Made by a program: the position numbers and the translations under genes
Source of the DNA: Deltaproteobacteria bacterium
Lineage (GTDB): Bacteria; Desulfobacterota; GWC2-55-46; JADFVP01
Assembly: GCA_024275045.1 (NCBI GenBank)
Contig: JAJRZX010000039.1
Location: 586 to 64,585, forward strand
Direction: 5' to 3'
Length of the DNA stretch: 64,000 nucleotides
Notes under the pieces: model-generated
Database searches by the model: none
Told to the model about the DNA's origin: nothing
Seen by the model: only the letters and a program-made list of their open reading frames with translations
Shown here: positions 1 through 10,230 of the stretch, in pieces
How positions within the stretch are numbered: the first letter of the stretch is position 1
Layout of the letters: every line of letters begins with the position of its first letter

Positions 1-1969
1 TCGAACCGTGCAAGCCGCAGTGCCGTACCGGGACCTTTTCCGGCTCAAACCACTCATCCATTGCAGGACACTCCGGGTTTGCCAGCTCTCCGCTAACACG
101 GCATATTTTCTTCATCGTAAGGGCCGGGCTCAGGAATAAGGGCTTTGCCTCTTTATGACGGTTAAGTTCCGCAAACACTGCCCTAAGCACGAGCGCGGGA
201 CCAGTTGAACCCGTAATATTCCGCATAGGATGTTGATCAAAGTTGCCCATCCATACCCCGACAGCATAGCGGTCTGAAAAACCAAGAGCCCAGGCATCTC
301 TATAATCTGTTGATGTACCCGTCTTCACGGCGGTCTGGGTAGGGAAGCGCAGGAGGTTGCCACTACCAAACTCCAAGTGTCTTGCATCAGCGTCAGAAAG
401 GATACTGGAAATGATGGACGTAGACTCTTTACTGAAGATTCGCCTTCCTAAGGCACGAGCCCCATCATTTCCTTTAACGAGCAAGATGGGACTCGATACT
501 CCTTTGCGTGCTATGGCAGCATAGGCGCCAACAAGTTCCAGAAGTGTTACCTCACCGTTTCCAAGGGCAAGACCCTCGCCGTAGTAATCTGCGTTCCGTG
601 TCAGGCTTTTAAATCCAAGTTTGTGCAGGCGGTCCAAAAAATCACTAATACCTACAAACTGTATCGTTCGAATCGCCGGTATATTAAGGGAGTTGCCAAG
701 TGCGTCTCTCATGCGTAGCTTGCCGTAGTTGCGTCTGCTGTAATTATGGTACATGTGCAAACCCGTACCAACGGGGCGTGAAATCGGAGAATCATCTATC
801 AGGGTGGCAGCGGTCCAGCCCTTTTCAAGCGCCATGGCATAAAGAAAGGGCTTCAAGGCCGAGCCCGGCTGCCGTGGTGTTGTCACTCCATCAAACTGGC
901 TTGCCTGCTTATCGCCTGAAAATCCGCCGCCGCCGCTATTGACCCAGGCCAGCGCCTCATTCTTGCGGTGGTCAACAACAAGTACGGCGCCGGCCGTTAC
1001 GTCCCATTTTGTTAAGTCTTTCAGGCGCGCGTCTATTATCCTCTGGATACGGTACTGTAATTCGGAATCAAGTGTTGTAAATAAACGGCCCCGCGATTGG
1101 GTGGCCCCAAGCTCTTCGCTGTAGATGTGATGTACGAAATGGCTGGCCTCCAGAGGCAGTCCATAGCTCTCAAGGTGAACACTGCTTGAGGCAATACTGC
1201 GTGCATCCTCAACTGAGAGGATATGCGCTTCTGACAACTGAGCGGCCAGCCGTCTTAAGGGCCCTTCTATCCTTTCAGTTCCACTCTTCAGATCCATGCG
1301 CCCAGGCGCTCGTACAAGGACCGCCAGCGAAAGTATCTCGGCAGTATCAAGGGTGTCGAGGTCGCGGTTAAAATAGTAATGCGCCGCTTGAAGCACACCA
1401 CGGCGCTTAGCGGCATAGGGAACCTGATTCAGATAGAATTCCAGGATATCGGCCTTGGAAAACCTCTCTTCGAGTCGCCCTGCTTCCAAACCTTCAAGCC
1501 AGCGAGACCAGACAGTACGCGGCCTGTGATGGAGCATGCGAACCACCTGTTCGGTTATGGTACTTGCGCCGCGTACCTTTCGAAAAGCCTTTAAGTCCTG
1601 AAAAAGGGCGTGGACTCTGGCAAGCCAATCCACACCGCTATGAGCATAAAAACGCTTGTCTTCAGAGTGGATGAATGCCTGTTGCAGTAGAATCGGGATA
1701 TCATGGAGGGGGACGTAATTGTGTATATTCCACTTGTTCCTGTAGGTAACAATAAGGGGCATGCCTCTGCGGTCGAGAATCTGCACCTTTCGCACATTCT
1801 CTGCATCAAGCGTAAGAGAAGCCGGAAGGGGCCTTAAGTCATGCCAGCTCTTAAGAGATACCGTGGCGAGAGCAAGGGGCACGGCAAGGAGGATAAAAAC
1901 CTTAAAAAACCGTGCACCTGCAATCCGGCGCAAAAGCAAAATCCTCCCCTTATTTACCCGATTCTTCAT
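1..1969 (-). CDS. pbpC: Penicillin-binding protein 1C (PbpC), N-terminal about 655 aa; the C-terminus lies beyond the window start
   Basis: Manual minus-strand translation from the ATG at 1969 gives a signal/TM segment. GT51 glycosyltransferase motifs follow (EDKRFYAHSGVD, GASTITEQ), then the transpeptidase SxxK (SALKP) and KTG (VKTGTS). It sits immediately downstream of alpha-2-macroglobulin, which is the classic A2M-PbpC pairing. It is missing from the ORF track because it is truncated by the window edge. Confidence 0.8.
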   Translation of the reverse strand, partial: MKNRVNKGRILLLRRIAGARFFKVFILLAVPLALATVSLKSWHDLRPLPASLTLDAENVRKVQILDRRGMPLIVTYRNKWNIHNYVPLHDIPILLQQAFIHSEDKRFYAHSGVDWLARVHALFQDLKAFRKVRGASTITEQVVRMLHHRPRTVWSRWLEGLEAGRLEERFSKADILEFYLNQVPYAAKRRGVLQAAHYYFNRDLDTLDTAEILSLAVLVRAPGRMDLKSGTERIEGPLRRLAAQLSEAHILSVEDARSIASSSVHLESYGLPLEASHFVHHIYSEELGATQSRGRLFTTLDSELQYRIQRIIDARLKDLTKWDVTAGAVLVVDHRKNEALAWVNSGGGGFSGDKQASQFDGVTTPRQPGSALKPFLYAMALEKGWTAATLIDDSPISRPVGTGLHMYHNYSRRNYGKLRMRDALGNSLNIPAIRTIQFVGISDFLDRLHKLGFKSLTRNADYYGEGLALGNGEVTLLELVGAYAAIARKGVSSPILLVKGNDGARALGRRIFSKESTSIISSILSDADARHLEFGSGNLLRFPTQTAVKTGTSTDYRDAWALGFSDRYAVGVWMGNFDQHPMRNITGSTGPALVLRAVFAELNRHKEAKPLFLSPALTMKKICRVSGELANPECPAMDEWFEPEKVPVRHCGLHGS

Positions 1970-1976
1970 ATAAGAA

Positions 1977-4900
1977 TCACTCGTTCCTCATAACCTCAAG
2001 GGACGCGGGAAAGCCCTCTCCAAAGACATCGGGGTGGTACATCTCCTCTGCATGAGCAGGCATTACAATAAACTTGCCGGGCGCTATCGCCTGTGCCACA
2101 TAGGAGAGGTGATAGTTACCGGCTGATAGGTGCTCGGAGTAATAGCGTACGCTATTATGACGAAGCTCCTTATGATAAAAACTCCATCGTGAATAGCCGT
2201 AATCTCTCCAATCATCTCTCGTATACAAGAAAGACCCTCCTGCGCCTTTGAGCCCACCCTTCTCGGCATCAATCCTCGACGTTGTGGCAAGCTCCCTGTT
2301 CACGGGTTCAAGGCCTCCGGGCACAGGGTCGTCAACAACGACGAAATTTCGGTCTGCAGGAAGAGAAACGTAGAGATCAACCCTCACTAGCTCTCCGGTC
2401 TTTAGATGCATGCTTCTGCCCAGAAGGGTCCAGGCCCCGCCGCGCTCCACGCTGTACTCGCGGTGAATTTCTATGCCTGAGTTTACGGCGTTGTTTTTTA
2501 GCTCCTTCTCTGCATAGGAAAGTTTTGTTGAGTAGTAAACCCTCCCCTGCCCCTTTCTCCCAAGCCGGGCATTTACCTTCCTTCCTGGGTCCCCGATCTT
2601 TACAGGTCTCGCGAATTCTACTGCCTTATCGCGGAAATCGTTAAACACGGCCTCCCCCATGGGCTCATCACCAAGCCAGGCATGGAGTTCCATCCTGGGG
2701 CTCTCCTTTTCGTAAACCCTGCTATAATCCGTAAGGGATTTCATGCAGAACATGTTCTCCTGGGTGTTCTCCCAGCGGTCACGCTGCCCCCTGGTCCCTG
2801 TGATAGTCCTCAGAAGCCCGGAGGTCAGATCCCCAAAGTTTTTTTCCTGCCCATGGCGAGCATATTCCGAGTATGCGAGGAGGGAACTCAATACGACGCA
2901 ATTCGTCCGTAAAGGGGTAACAAGAATACGGTCATAAGCGGAGTCCACTGCTTCGCTGAAAACAACTTTTCCACCTGTCTGGTTCGAGTGAGCGAGTATC
3001 ATCTCTAATACATCGTCAACAATACTATCCCTGGCGCCTGCTTTCAGAGCGGCCTGAAGAAATTGTGCCTTGCCGAAAAGGCTCATATCTCCCAGTTGTC
3101 CCCTATAACGGCTGATATCCCCTCTATCTATCTTGCCCTGCGGGGCCAGGGCCGCCAGCGCCACGGCACGTACCGTCGCGCGCATGCCTTTTGAATAAAA
3201 TGATGGCATCACATCTCGTTTGAGAAGCCCTTGGAGATAGCCGTGAAGCCTCTTCTCTACTCCTGTGGGGATATTGTAACCGTCCTTCCGTAGCCAGTTA
3301 AAGGCCAGCGCCGTATAGGCGCTCAGGTAGGGACTCACATAACTGTCCTCAGGTATATAATAAACCATGCCGCCGTTTGACGCCTGATGCTCGGCGGCAA
3401 GTTCAAGAGTCTCTTCCGGCAACTGTGCGCTCTCCTTCCATTGGAAAGTCTCAGGCATATACTGCTTTAGAGCTTGATAATTAGCCGCCATCACCCCCTT
3501 GGTGAGTATCTGCTCCCAACACATGTAGGGATAATCTCGCATGTATCTGAAAGCGCCCTCTGCATTCCCTATCACCGTGGGCGAGGCGGTAATACTTACC
3601 CCTCCAACATCCGTCTGTATCCCCTCGGGGAAGGCAATCATACTGGAAACCTCGTCCGATGTTGTTGTTCCGTAGGAGGCGGCCACCTTTAAGGAGGCCC
3701 TTTTCTTTACAGGTATCGTCACCCTTAGCCCATCGGCGTCGAGCTTGTCCGATGCCCGTACATCAAAAACAATCTCCCCGTCATGAAGGGTTATTATGGG
3801 CATCCATACCGTATAACGTTTGTATGGCTCCGCGTCGATCTTTCTTCTTTTTTGAGCGCTTCCGCCTATCAACGCCCCCCTGGCGCTAATCTGGACATCA
3901 AGGGTGCGTGTCTTCCCGGTCCTGTTCATTACAGTGAATCCTGCCTGAAAGCTGTCTTTTTCAGTCAACTGGTTCGGTAACGCAGCGCGTATCTCAGTGG
4001 GACGGTTGACCTTGAAGGTGGACTCACCTAGCCCCATCCGCGACGAATCTGTCACGGCCATTGCCAGCACCCGCCAACCCGTAAGGTTGTCAGGAACCTT
4101 GAAGGAGACCCGGGCGTGGCCCTCCTTATCGGTCTTAACCGAAGGGTTCCAGTAGCTCACGAACTTAAAGAAAGAGCGGAGTTCCGGGCCCATCCCGCCG
4201 TCCCCACCGGGGCTGGCCCCTTTTTTCTCAAAAAGTTGTCTTCCCACAAGTTGTTGCAGAAGAGAAAAATTCTGAAGGTCCAGAGGCTCCAGAGAATAAA
4301 ATCCCCTGTATGGATCAAAGGAGGCTCTGCCCGAGGGGATAAGGTCAAATACAGACTCATCCAGGACAGCAACTGCGATCTCCATAGGAGGTTCACCCTT
4401 TGCGCCACGGGAGGCTTGTATATTTGCCTTAAAATCCACGGTAACTTCATCACCTGGCTTATAAACCTCGTGACGGGGCTTTACATCTACACGGATCTCG
4501 TTGTAGGGGTCCCTTACCGGGACGCTCACATATCCCATCTTATAGGCCGGTTTACCAAGGTCTACCTGTTTTGCGTCTATTGGTTTCTCCACCCGTGGGC
4601 TGAAGACGACAACTGAGAGGTAATAACCGGGAAGGTATTCCGGTAATACTGTAAACTCCACTACTTCAGTAGAATCCTCGAAGGTCTCAACCCAGCTCTT
4701 GATAACCCCGTAGCGCTCAACAGTCACCAGCGCCTTTGCGCCTGGGTAGGGATTTTTCACCAGGAACCGTGCCTTATCACCCACCTTGTATTCATTCTTT
4801 TCCGGAAAAATATCCAGCCTGCTCCCCGTGCTCTCTTCCCAGAGCACCCGGCCCTTACCCTGGGCCCACCGCCGGAGTTTACTCGAATGCACACGCCCTC

Positions 4901-7802
4901 TGGTATCTTTTACCGAGGCCTCTATGCGGTACAAGCCGGCATTCTCGGGGGTAAAGTCGCAAGCCACCGGCCCATCAAGAGAGGTAAGGGCGCATTTAGC
5001 GGCATCCACCCACTTGTGCTTATACCTGGTGATATAGGCGTTACCGGAGCCCTTGACTCTTGCGGCGGTTGTAGTTTGATACTCAATCTTAATATTTACC
5101 GGAGTACCGGATACTCTTTTACCAAGTTCATCAACCACTATTGCCTTAACCGTAGCCGGCTTACCCGCGCTAAGCAGCCAGTCCTTCTGAAGCACCCCCA
5201 CGTATCTGTCCCTTCCGACAAATTTTGCCGAAGCCGAGCCAGCAACATACTTTCCCCTATCATCCCTAACCGAACTCTCTACCGTAAGCACGCCGTAAAA
5301 TACCGGGGATTCTCCTATGGTGAATTCGTTCCTGAGGTCTCCTTTTTCATCTACCCTGGAGTCAATCTGGTTGATAATACTTGTACGTCTGGAGGTGCTT
5401 GAAGCATCGAAGCTGAACCCTCTGGCCATTGGGTCATCGGGTATAAAGGTTCGCTCCGAAAGGCTTGCAGTTACACGCGCCTCTGCGTTTACATATGGCC
5501 CACCGGCATGAAGCCGGGAAGAAGTCCTGACCTTTACCTTATCTCCGGGCCTGAATCGCTCTCCCTTTAAGTCCGTAATAACGCGAAATGGAGCCGGGGT
5601 GAAGTCACTGACAAGCACCCTCATTGGCTGCCATATCTTATTTGAAATAAAATCGGCAGTGAGTTTAAAATCGTACCAGCCGACAGCGGCGTTTTTTGCA
5701 ATGGTATATTCTCCATCAAAAGCACCAAAGCTGGAAAGTTTTATCTTCTTTACTTCATGGACCGTCTTACCCATGGGGTCTACTACCTTAAGTGTATAGA
5801 ATTGTTCGGGGGCAGGGATAAAGGTCTTATTATTCTGATCCCTTACATAGAACTTGTACTGTATAGTGTCTCCGGCCTTGTATATGCCCTGCGCCGTAGT
5901 TCCCCAGGTACGAATGTGGCCGTAACGGAGCTCTGCCCATGAGCTTATATAATTATTATTAGCTCCGCGGGCATCTTCAAGGTAGGGGTATATCAAGGGC
6001 ACGACGGCAATGCCGTCACCCTTTATACAGCGCACGAAGAGGGGCACCTTTTTCTCCCAATTCCAGTAATAGGAGCCCACCATATTCAGCTCCGGGTCTA
6101 TCTTCTCAGTTCCTGCAAGCATAGCAATGCCGTTAGCATCTGTTGTACCCGTTGTAAGGGTTTCCCGTAGCCCCTCGTCCGTTTCCATCTTCTTTGGTGA
6201 AAGTGTGCTCGGGCCGTTGATACGAAAGCGGTCTTTATAGATATCAACCTTTACCCCGCCTACGGGCTCGCCTGTGGAAAAGTCGGTCACCCAAACGAGT
6301 GTGTTGAAGTGGCCGATCTTTACATGGACGCTGTACGGTGAGACCTGGGCAAAGAACCATGAGTCACGATTGTTTTTACTGGCTATAGATGGTTCTGTAT
6401 CAAAGGTTCCCTCTATTACACCGGAAGAGGCAGGGAGCATCTCACGGACTTTTAAGGGTATCTTTTGGGCGATATCCTCAGCCACATCTACTTTGATGGT
6501 TTTTTTCTCTTTAGCGCCTATACCATGGACCGTCTCCGTCTGGTACTTAAGTCGTAACTCCCTCAGATTTGTGACTACCAGAGGAACCTCTGAGTCAATA
6601 CCCGTCTCAAGGGAGAAAAAATTGGACCCGAGGTGATAGTTTGGCGTGCGGTGGTCAGTCATGAACTCTATATCTATATCCGAGTTGAGCGCTCTACCAA
6701 ACTCGTCCTTAATCTCCAAAGAAGACGCCTGAAGATGGTAGGGCTGAAAAGCCTTGAGGATTGGCAGATTCACGGAATATGTCTGTCCCCTGGTATGGGA
6801 ACTGGATAACATCGAGTAGCTGTAGATACCCTGCCATGGGTCAAAATCCTTCAGCCCTCCCGCAAGATCAGGTGTAACAAGGAGGGTCTCAGCAACCACT
6901 TTTTTTAATACCGGAGCGGAAAAGAGAAGACGGATTTGACCGAGAGGGTCGCATTTTTTTCCATCAGGTTCACCACTACCGCCGGTTATCACCACACTCT
7001 CACCTGTCTTCGTAACACATCCCACTCCGATGAAGCGGAACTTTGGAAAGGTATGAAACCCTACTATTATACGATCCTCCACCCCGGGCTCAGTCCCTTC
7101 CAGAGAGACAACCCCTTTCTCAACTCTGAGCTCAATCTTCTCATCTTCCGGCAACTCACGCTGAGGACTTACGAGCCAGATGCGGCCTTTTTTATAATTT
7201 TTATTCTTCGTGTAAGCAGGATCTTCAGTGACATTCAGAGGAATTCGTTCTTTATTTTGGGTCTGAAAGTAAAGGTGCTCACCAAGAGAGCGCTTTTTTA
7301 CAAAATCAGCGAACCCAACTTGAATAACGGGTCTGACGGGTGAGGCCCATCCTCTGAACCACGAATACGTCACTTCAGGGCGTTGGGTGATAAAAGTGTA
7401 CGTGAAGGCCCCCTGTAAAGTACTCCCATCCATGGCTTTAATACCGGGCCGCATCACCACTTTGTAGCGTGTTGCGGGTCTCATCGAGTTTTTTTCATTA
7501 AGCTGACAGGCCAGCGATGAGGTGTTGAGCCATCTCCATTTACAGCCAAGAGCAGGCTCTATGGTGACGGGTATCTCAGACTGATTTCTCTCCATTCGCC
7601 CCAGGGGCACTACGGGACGATTGAAGGTAAAGACGAGTTGGCGGCCCGGTGGCACGTCCGTACCCGAAGGTGTAAGACGAAGGAGCTTGAGCGGCTCCCC
7701 CGAGTTCTGGCTTGTAGCAGAATTTAAAGCGGCAAAGGCATCAAGGCGAGCCCCGGGAAGAATGAGAAGGGAAAGCAGTACAGTAAGAAATATTTTACCC
7801 AA
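1977..7802 (-). CDS. Bacterial alpha-2-macroglobulin family protein (1941 aa, secreted)
   Basis: The ORF is 1941 aa with an N-terminal signal peptide (MGKIFLTVLLSLLILPGARLDAFA). A thioester-type CxEQ motif (YMCWEQ) is present. Size and domain order are typical of YfhM-like A2M, and it is paired with the downstream pbpC. Confidence 0.85.
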   Translation of the reverse strand: MGKIFLTVLLSLLILPGARLDAFAALNSATSQNSGEPLKLLRLTPSGTDVPPGRQLVFTFNRPVVPLGRMERNQSEIPVTIEPALGCKWRWLNTSSLACQLNEKNSMRPATRYKVVMRPGIKAMDGSTLQGAFTYTFITQRPEVTYSWFRGWASPVRPVIQVGFADFVKKRSLGEHLYFQTQNKERIPLNVTEDPAYTKNKNYKKGRIWLVSPQRELPEDEKIELRVEKGVVSLEGTEPGVEDRIIVGFHTFPKFRFIGVGCVTKTGESVVITGGSGEPDGKKCDPLGQIRLLFSAPVLKKVVAETLLVTPDLAGGLKDFDPWQGIYSYSMLSSSHTRGQTYSVNLPILKAFQPYHLQASSLEIKDEFGRALNSDIDIEFMTDHRTPNYHLGSNFFSLETGIDSEVPLVVTNLRELRLKYQTETVHGIGAKEKKTIKVDVAEDIAQKIPLKVREMLPASSGVIEGTFDTEPSIASKNNRDSWFFAQVSPYSVHVKIGHFNTLVWVTDFSTGEPVGGVKVDIYKDRFRINGPSTLSPKKMETDEGLRETLTTGTTDANGIAMLAGTEKIDPELNMVGSYYWNWEKKVPLFVRCIKGDGIAVVPLIYPYLEDARGANNNYISSWAELRYGHIRTWGTTAQGIYKAGDTIQYKFYVRDQNNKTFIPAPEQFYTLKVVDPMGKTVHEVKKIKLSSFGAFDGEYTIAKNAAVGWYDFKLTADFISNKIWQPMRVLVSDFTPAPFRVITDLKGERFRPGDKVKVRTSSRLHAGGPYVNAEARVTASLSERTFIPDDPMARGFSFDASSTSRRTSIINQIDSRVDEKGDLRNEFTIGESPVFYGVLTVESSVRDDRGKYVAGSASAKFVGRDRYVGVLQKDWLLSAGKPATVKAIVVDELGKRVSGTPVNIKIEYQTTTAARVKGSGNAYITRYKHKWVDAAKCALTSLDGPVACDFTPENAGLYRIEASVKDTRGRVHSSKLRRWAQGKGRVLWEESTGSRLDIFPEKNEYKVGDKARFLVKNPYPGAKALVTVERYGVIKSWVETFEDSTEVVEFTVLPEYLPGYYLSVVVFSPRVEKPIDAKQVDLGKPAYKMGYVSVPVRDPYNEIRVDVKPRHEVYKPGDEVTVDFKANIQASRGAKGEPPMEIAVAVLDESVFDLIPSGRASFDPYRGFYSLEPLDLQNFSLLQQLVGRQLFEKKGASPGGDGGMGPELRSFFKFVSYWNPSVKTDKEGHARVSFKVPDNLTGWRVLAMAVTDSSRMGLGESTFKVNRPTEIRAALPNQLTEKDSFQAGFTVMNRTGKTRTLDVQISARGALIGGSAQKRRKIDAEPYKRYTVWMPIITLHDGEIVFDVRASDKLDADGLRVTIPVKKRASLKVAASYGTTTSDEVSSMIAFPEGIQTDVGGVSITASPTVIGNAEGAFRYMRDYPYMCWEQILTKGVMAANYQALKQYMPETFQWKESAQLPEETLELAAEHQASNGGMVYYIPEDSYVSPYLSAYTALAFNWLRKDGYNIPTGVEKRLHGYLQGLLKRDVMPSFYSKGMRATVRAVALAALAPQGKIDRGDISRYRGQLGDMSLFGKAQFLQAALKAGARDSIVDDVLEMILAHSNQTGGKVVFSEAVDSAYDRILVTPLRTNCVVLSSLLAYSEYARHGQEKNFGDLTSGLLRTITGTRGQRDRWENTQENMFCMKSLTDYSRVYEKESPRMELHAWLGDEPMGEAVFNDFRDKAVEFARPVKIGDPGRKVNARLGRKGQGRVYYSTKLSYAEKELKNNAVNSGIEIHREYSVERGGAWTLLGRSMHLKTGELVRVDLYVSLPADRNFVVVDDPVPGGLEPVNRELATTSRIDAEKGGLKGAGGSFLYTRDDWRDYGYSRWSFYHKELRHNSVRYYSEHLSAGNYHLSYVAQAIAPGKFIVMPAHAEEMYHPDVFGEGFPASLEVMRNE

Positions 7803-7994
7803 TGGTAAACCTCCACGATAATAATACTACCACAGCACACTTTAACGGGACAAGGCCATATGAGCTGATACCCTTTTTAGTATTTACCCAATGTGCCTGG
7901 AAGTAAATACGCACCGTTAAGGCACCTTGCAATTCTCCCCAAGCTAGAAGCAGATCCGCACGAAGAAATAGCAAGAAGCCATCTTAAGAATACG

Positions 7995-8192
7995 TTATTC
8001 TTCGAGATAGTGGATTATGTCAATTTCAACTTTGGTACGTGTGGCATTAAAGAGCCTTCTTATTAGATTTTCCGAGTAGTGCCGTCCGGTCCGGGGATTT
8101 GTGACTATAAAGGCCTCGGGGTGCTTGTTACGGCAAAAATGTTCTCCAAGGTCAGTAAAGAAAGTCATCTTCGTCTTCTTCATCCTCGTCAA
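7995..8192 (-). CDS. Hypothetical protein, possibly the frameshifted C-terminal part of the upstream 217-aa ORF
   Basis: A 65-aa ORF overlaps the end of the 217-aa ORF by 40 nt in another frame. A single-nucleotide indel in the GAAGAAGACGAAGATGAC acidic run would fuse the two. Confidence 0.3.
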   Translation of the reverse strand: MTRMKKTKMTFFTDLGEHFCRNKHPEAFIVTNPRTGRHYSENLIRRLFNATRTKVEIDIIHYLEE

Positions 8193-8805
8193 GAATCGAT
8201 GGGGGGCTTTCAGTCAAGGGATCAAGGCGGTCGGCCTGATCATTGGCCCATTTAAGCCATCTGTCCATCTCACTTCCCTGTACTATCTCACCATTTTCGC
8301 GGATTGCCTCCTTTTTGACAGCCTCAATATACTCACGTACCTGTTTGCTTTTCTGCCAATTCGCAGCATTCTGCATCAGGGCCTGAACTCTTTCCTCTTC
8401 TTCTCGCCTTAGCCTGGCTATCTTCTCACGTCGAAGTTCCTCTTCCTGCCTTATACGTTCATCTTCTGCCCATTTAAGATCACGTGTCCTTTTTGCAACA
8501 GCAGTATTAATACATTCTATTATAAAAGCATTAAGGCAACCCTCGATTCTTTGCTTCTTGCCATCAGACCAACTCCTACGAGAGCAACCCCATGTTTTAA
8601 TCTCCAGAGTAAGCCTTCCAGATGGGTTGGAAACTCTTTCAAACTGATCGGCCCATGGTCTCTCTTTTCTCTCGGTTCTAGAGAGTTCCCTCATGGTTTG
8701 CTTTGTAAGCTCTCGAATGCCAAACTCTATCGTCTCACCAAGAACCGATAGACAAGTCTTGAATGATGTATGATATTCATTCACATACTCTATAATACTC
8801 CCCAT
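8152..8805 (-). CDS. Hypothetical protein (charged and coiled-coil rich, acidic C-terminus). The annotated ATG lies inside the IS3 left inverted repeat, so it is probably the 3' portion of a gene split by the IS.
   Basis: It is a 217-aa ORF. Its start codon maps within the IS terminal inverted repeat (8798-8806). I recognise no known family. Confidence 0.4.
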   Translation of the reverse strand: MGSIIEYVNEYHTSFKTCLSVLGETIEFGIRELTKQTMRELSRTERKERPWADQFERVSNPSGRLTLEIKTWGCSRRSWSDGKKQRIEGCLNAFIIECINTAVAKRTRDLKWAEDERIRQEEELRREKIARLRREEEERVQALMQNAANWQKSKQVREYIEAVKKEAIRENGEIVQGSEMDRWLKWANDQADRLDPLTESPPSILDEDEEDEDDFLY

Positions 8806-8866
8806 AATTTAGACAGAGGTATTTGTTGTATGGTAGCCTGCTAAGAAGAGTAAGGAGGCAGGCGCG

Positions 8867-9148
8867 ATGAAGAAGAAGTACGATGCGGCTTTCAAGGCAA
8901 AGGTGGCTCTTGAGGCAATAAAGGGTGAGAAGACGCTTGCACAGTTAGCGAGCCAGTACGGCGTCCACCCGAACCAGATAGGCCAGTGGAGGAAGCGCCT
9001 TTTGAAGGAGTTGCCGGCCCTGTTCTCCGACAAGAGGAATAAGGTCGATAAAGAGGGTGAGGCTGAGAAAGACGAGCTTTACCGTCAGATAGGTCAGCTC
9101 AAGGTGGAGCTGGACTGGCTTAAAAAAAAATCTCAGATTCTCGGTTAA
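8867..9148 (+). CDS. IS3-family transposase OrfA (HTH)
   Basis: This 93-aa protein (MKKKYDAAFKAKVALEAIKGEKTLAQLASQYGVHPNQIGQWRKR...) is a typical IS3 OrfA with a leucine zipper. It ends at the slippery AAAAAAA. Confidence 0.85.
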   Translation: MKKKYDAAFKAKVALEAIKGEKTLAQLASQYGVHPNQIGQWRKRLLKELPALFSDKRNKVDKEGEAEKDELYRQIGQLKVELDWLKKKSQILG

Positions 9149-9161
9149 AGAGAAGAAGGCT

Positions 9162-10043
9162 TTGGTTGAGCCAGGTTATCGTAAGATCCCTCTTTACCGC
9201 CAATGTGAGATATTGGGTCTTTCCAGAGCGTCTTACTACTATAAGCCGAGACCTACGGATACGCTCAACGGGGTTCTAATGGGTCTTCTGGATGAGCAGT
9301 ACACCAAAACGCCTTTCTATGGCGTTCCGAAGATGACGGCGTGGCTGAGGCGTCAGGGATACAGGGTCAACCCCAAGAGAGTGAGACGCCTTATGAGGCT
9401 TATGGGGCTTAGCGCCGTATATCCGAAGCCGTGGACGAGCAAGCCCGCGAAGGACCACAAGAAGTATCCCTATCTGCTGAGGGACGTCGTCATAGACCGG
9501 CCGGACCAGGTATGGAGCACCGACATAACGTATATAAAGCTCCGGAAGGGTTTTATATACCTCGTGGCCATAATGGACTGGCACAGCCGGTATGTGCTCA
9601 CATGGGAGATCTCTACGACGCTGGATAAGGAGTTCTGCGTAAGGGCGCTTCATAAGGCCCTTGGGCTTTCAACCCCAGAAGTTTTTAACTCCGACCAGGG
9701 CAGCCAATTTACGAGCCTTGAGTTTACCGGGCTTCTGGAAAGTCTTGAAGTAGCCGTAAGCATGGACGGCAGGGGCAGGGCCTTTGATAACATCTTCGTT
9801 GAGAGGCTCTGGAGAACGGTTAAGTATGAAGAGGTCTACATGAAGAGCTACGAGACCGTGGCTGATGCCAGACAGTCTCTTACAACGTACTTCCACTTTT
9901 ACAATACCGAGAGGCTCCACGAGTCTCTCGGCTACTGGACTCCTCAGGAAGTATATTACAAGGAACGGCAGATAAAGGACGGCTTAGAAACTAAACCAGG
10001 GCAGGCGCCTCTACACCAAATACAACCCTCTTTTTTGTCTTGA
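9162..10043 (+). CDS. IS3-family transposase OrfB (DDE integrase catalytic domain), expressed as an OrfAB fusion by a -1 frameshift
   Basis: This 293-aa protein has an rve-type DDE catalytic region (DITYIKL, WHSRYVLTWE, FNSDQGSQFTS, ERLWRTVKYEE). Confidence 0.85.
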   Translation: MVEPGYRKIPLYRQCEILGLSRASYYYKPRPTDTLNGVLMGLLDEQYTKTPFYGVPKMTAWLRRQGYRVNPKRVRRLMRLMGLSAVYPKPWTSKPAKDHKKYPYLLRDVVIDRPDQVWSTDITYIKLRKGFIYLVAIMDWHSRYVLTWEISTTLDKEFCVRALHKALGLSTPEVFNSDQGSQFTSLEFTGLLESLEVAVSMDGRGRAFDNIFVERLWRTVKYEEVYMKSYETVADARQSLTTYFHFYNTERLHESLGYWTPQEVYYKERQIKDGLETKPGQAPLHQIQPSFLS

Positions 10044-10230
10044 CTATGGGGAGAGCCTCACTCCACGGGGCCCTCTCCTCAAAGATGGTCACGCTCACGC
10101 CCCTGACCTTAAAGACGAGCCTCACTTTATTCTGCACATGAGGAGGCACTCGCCGGTCGCAGAATTTTTCCACCTTCTTTTCTACAAGCGTTCTTACAAG
10201 CGGCGGCAGAGGCAAGGCATCTCCACCCAT
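9991..10230 (-). pseudogene. 5' portion of a small gene interrupted by the IS3 element. The first roughly 56 codons are native; the reading frame then runs into the IS.
   Basis: The 79-aa ORF reads MGGDALPLPPLVRTLVEKKVEKFCDRRVPPHVQNKVRLVFKVRGV... Its N-terminal part and its upstream region are duplicated at 16480-16680. Confidence 0.35.

Larger units (their letters stand above)
8798..10056 (+). mobile_element. IS3-family insertion sequence (about 1.26 kb) with imperfect terminal inverted repeats of about 35 bp
   Basis: The left end CTCCCCATAATTTAGACAGAGGTATTTGTTGTA aligns with the reverse complement of the right end CTCCCCATAGTCAAGACAAAAAAGAGGGTTGTA. It has the two-ORF orfA/orfB organisation with an A7 slippery site at 9121-9130. 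Confidence 0.8.

Noticed and set aside
9276-9653. A 125-aa minus-strand ORF
   Set aside because: It is antisense within IS3 orfB.
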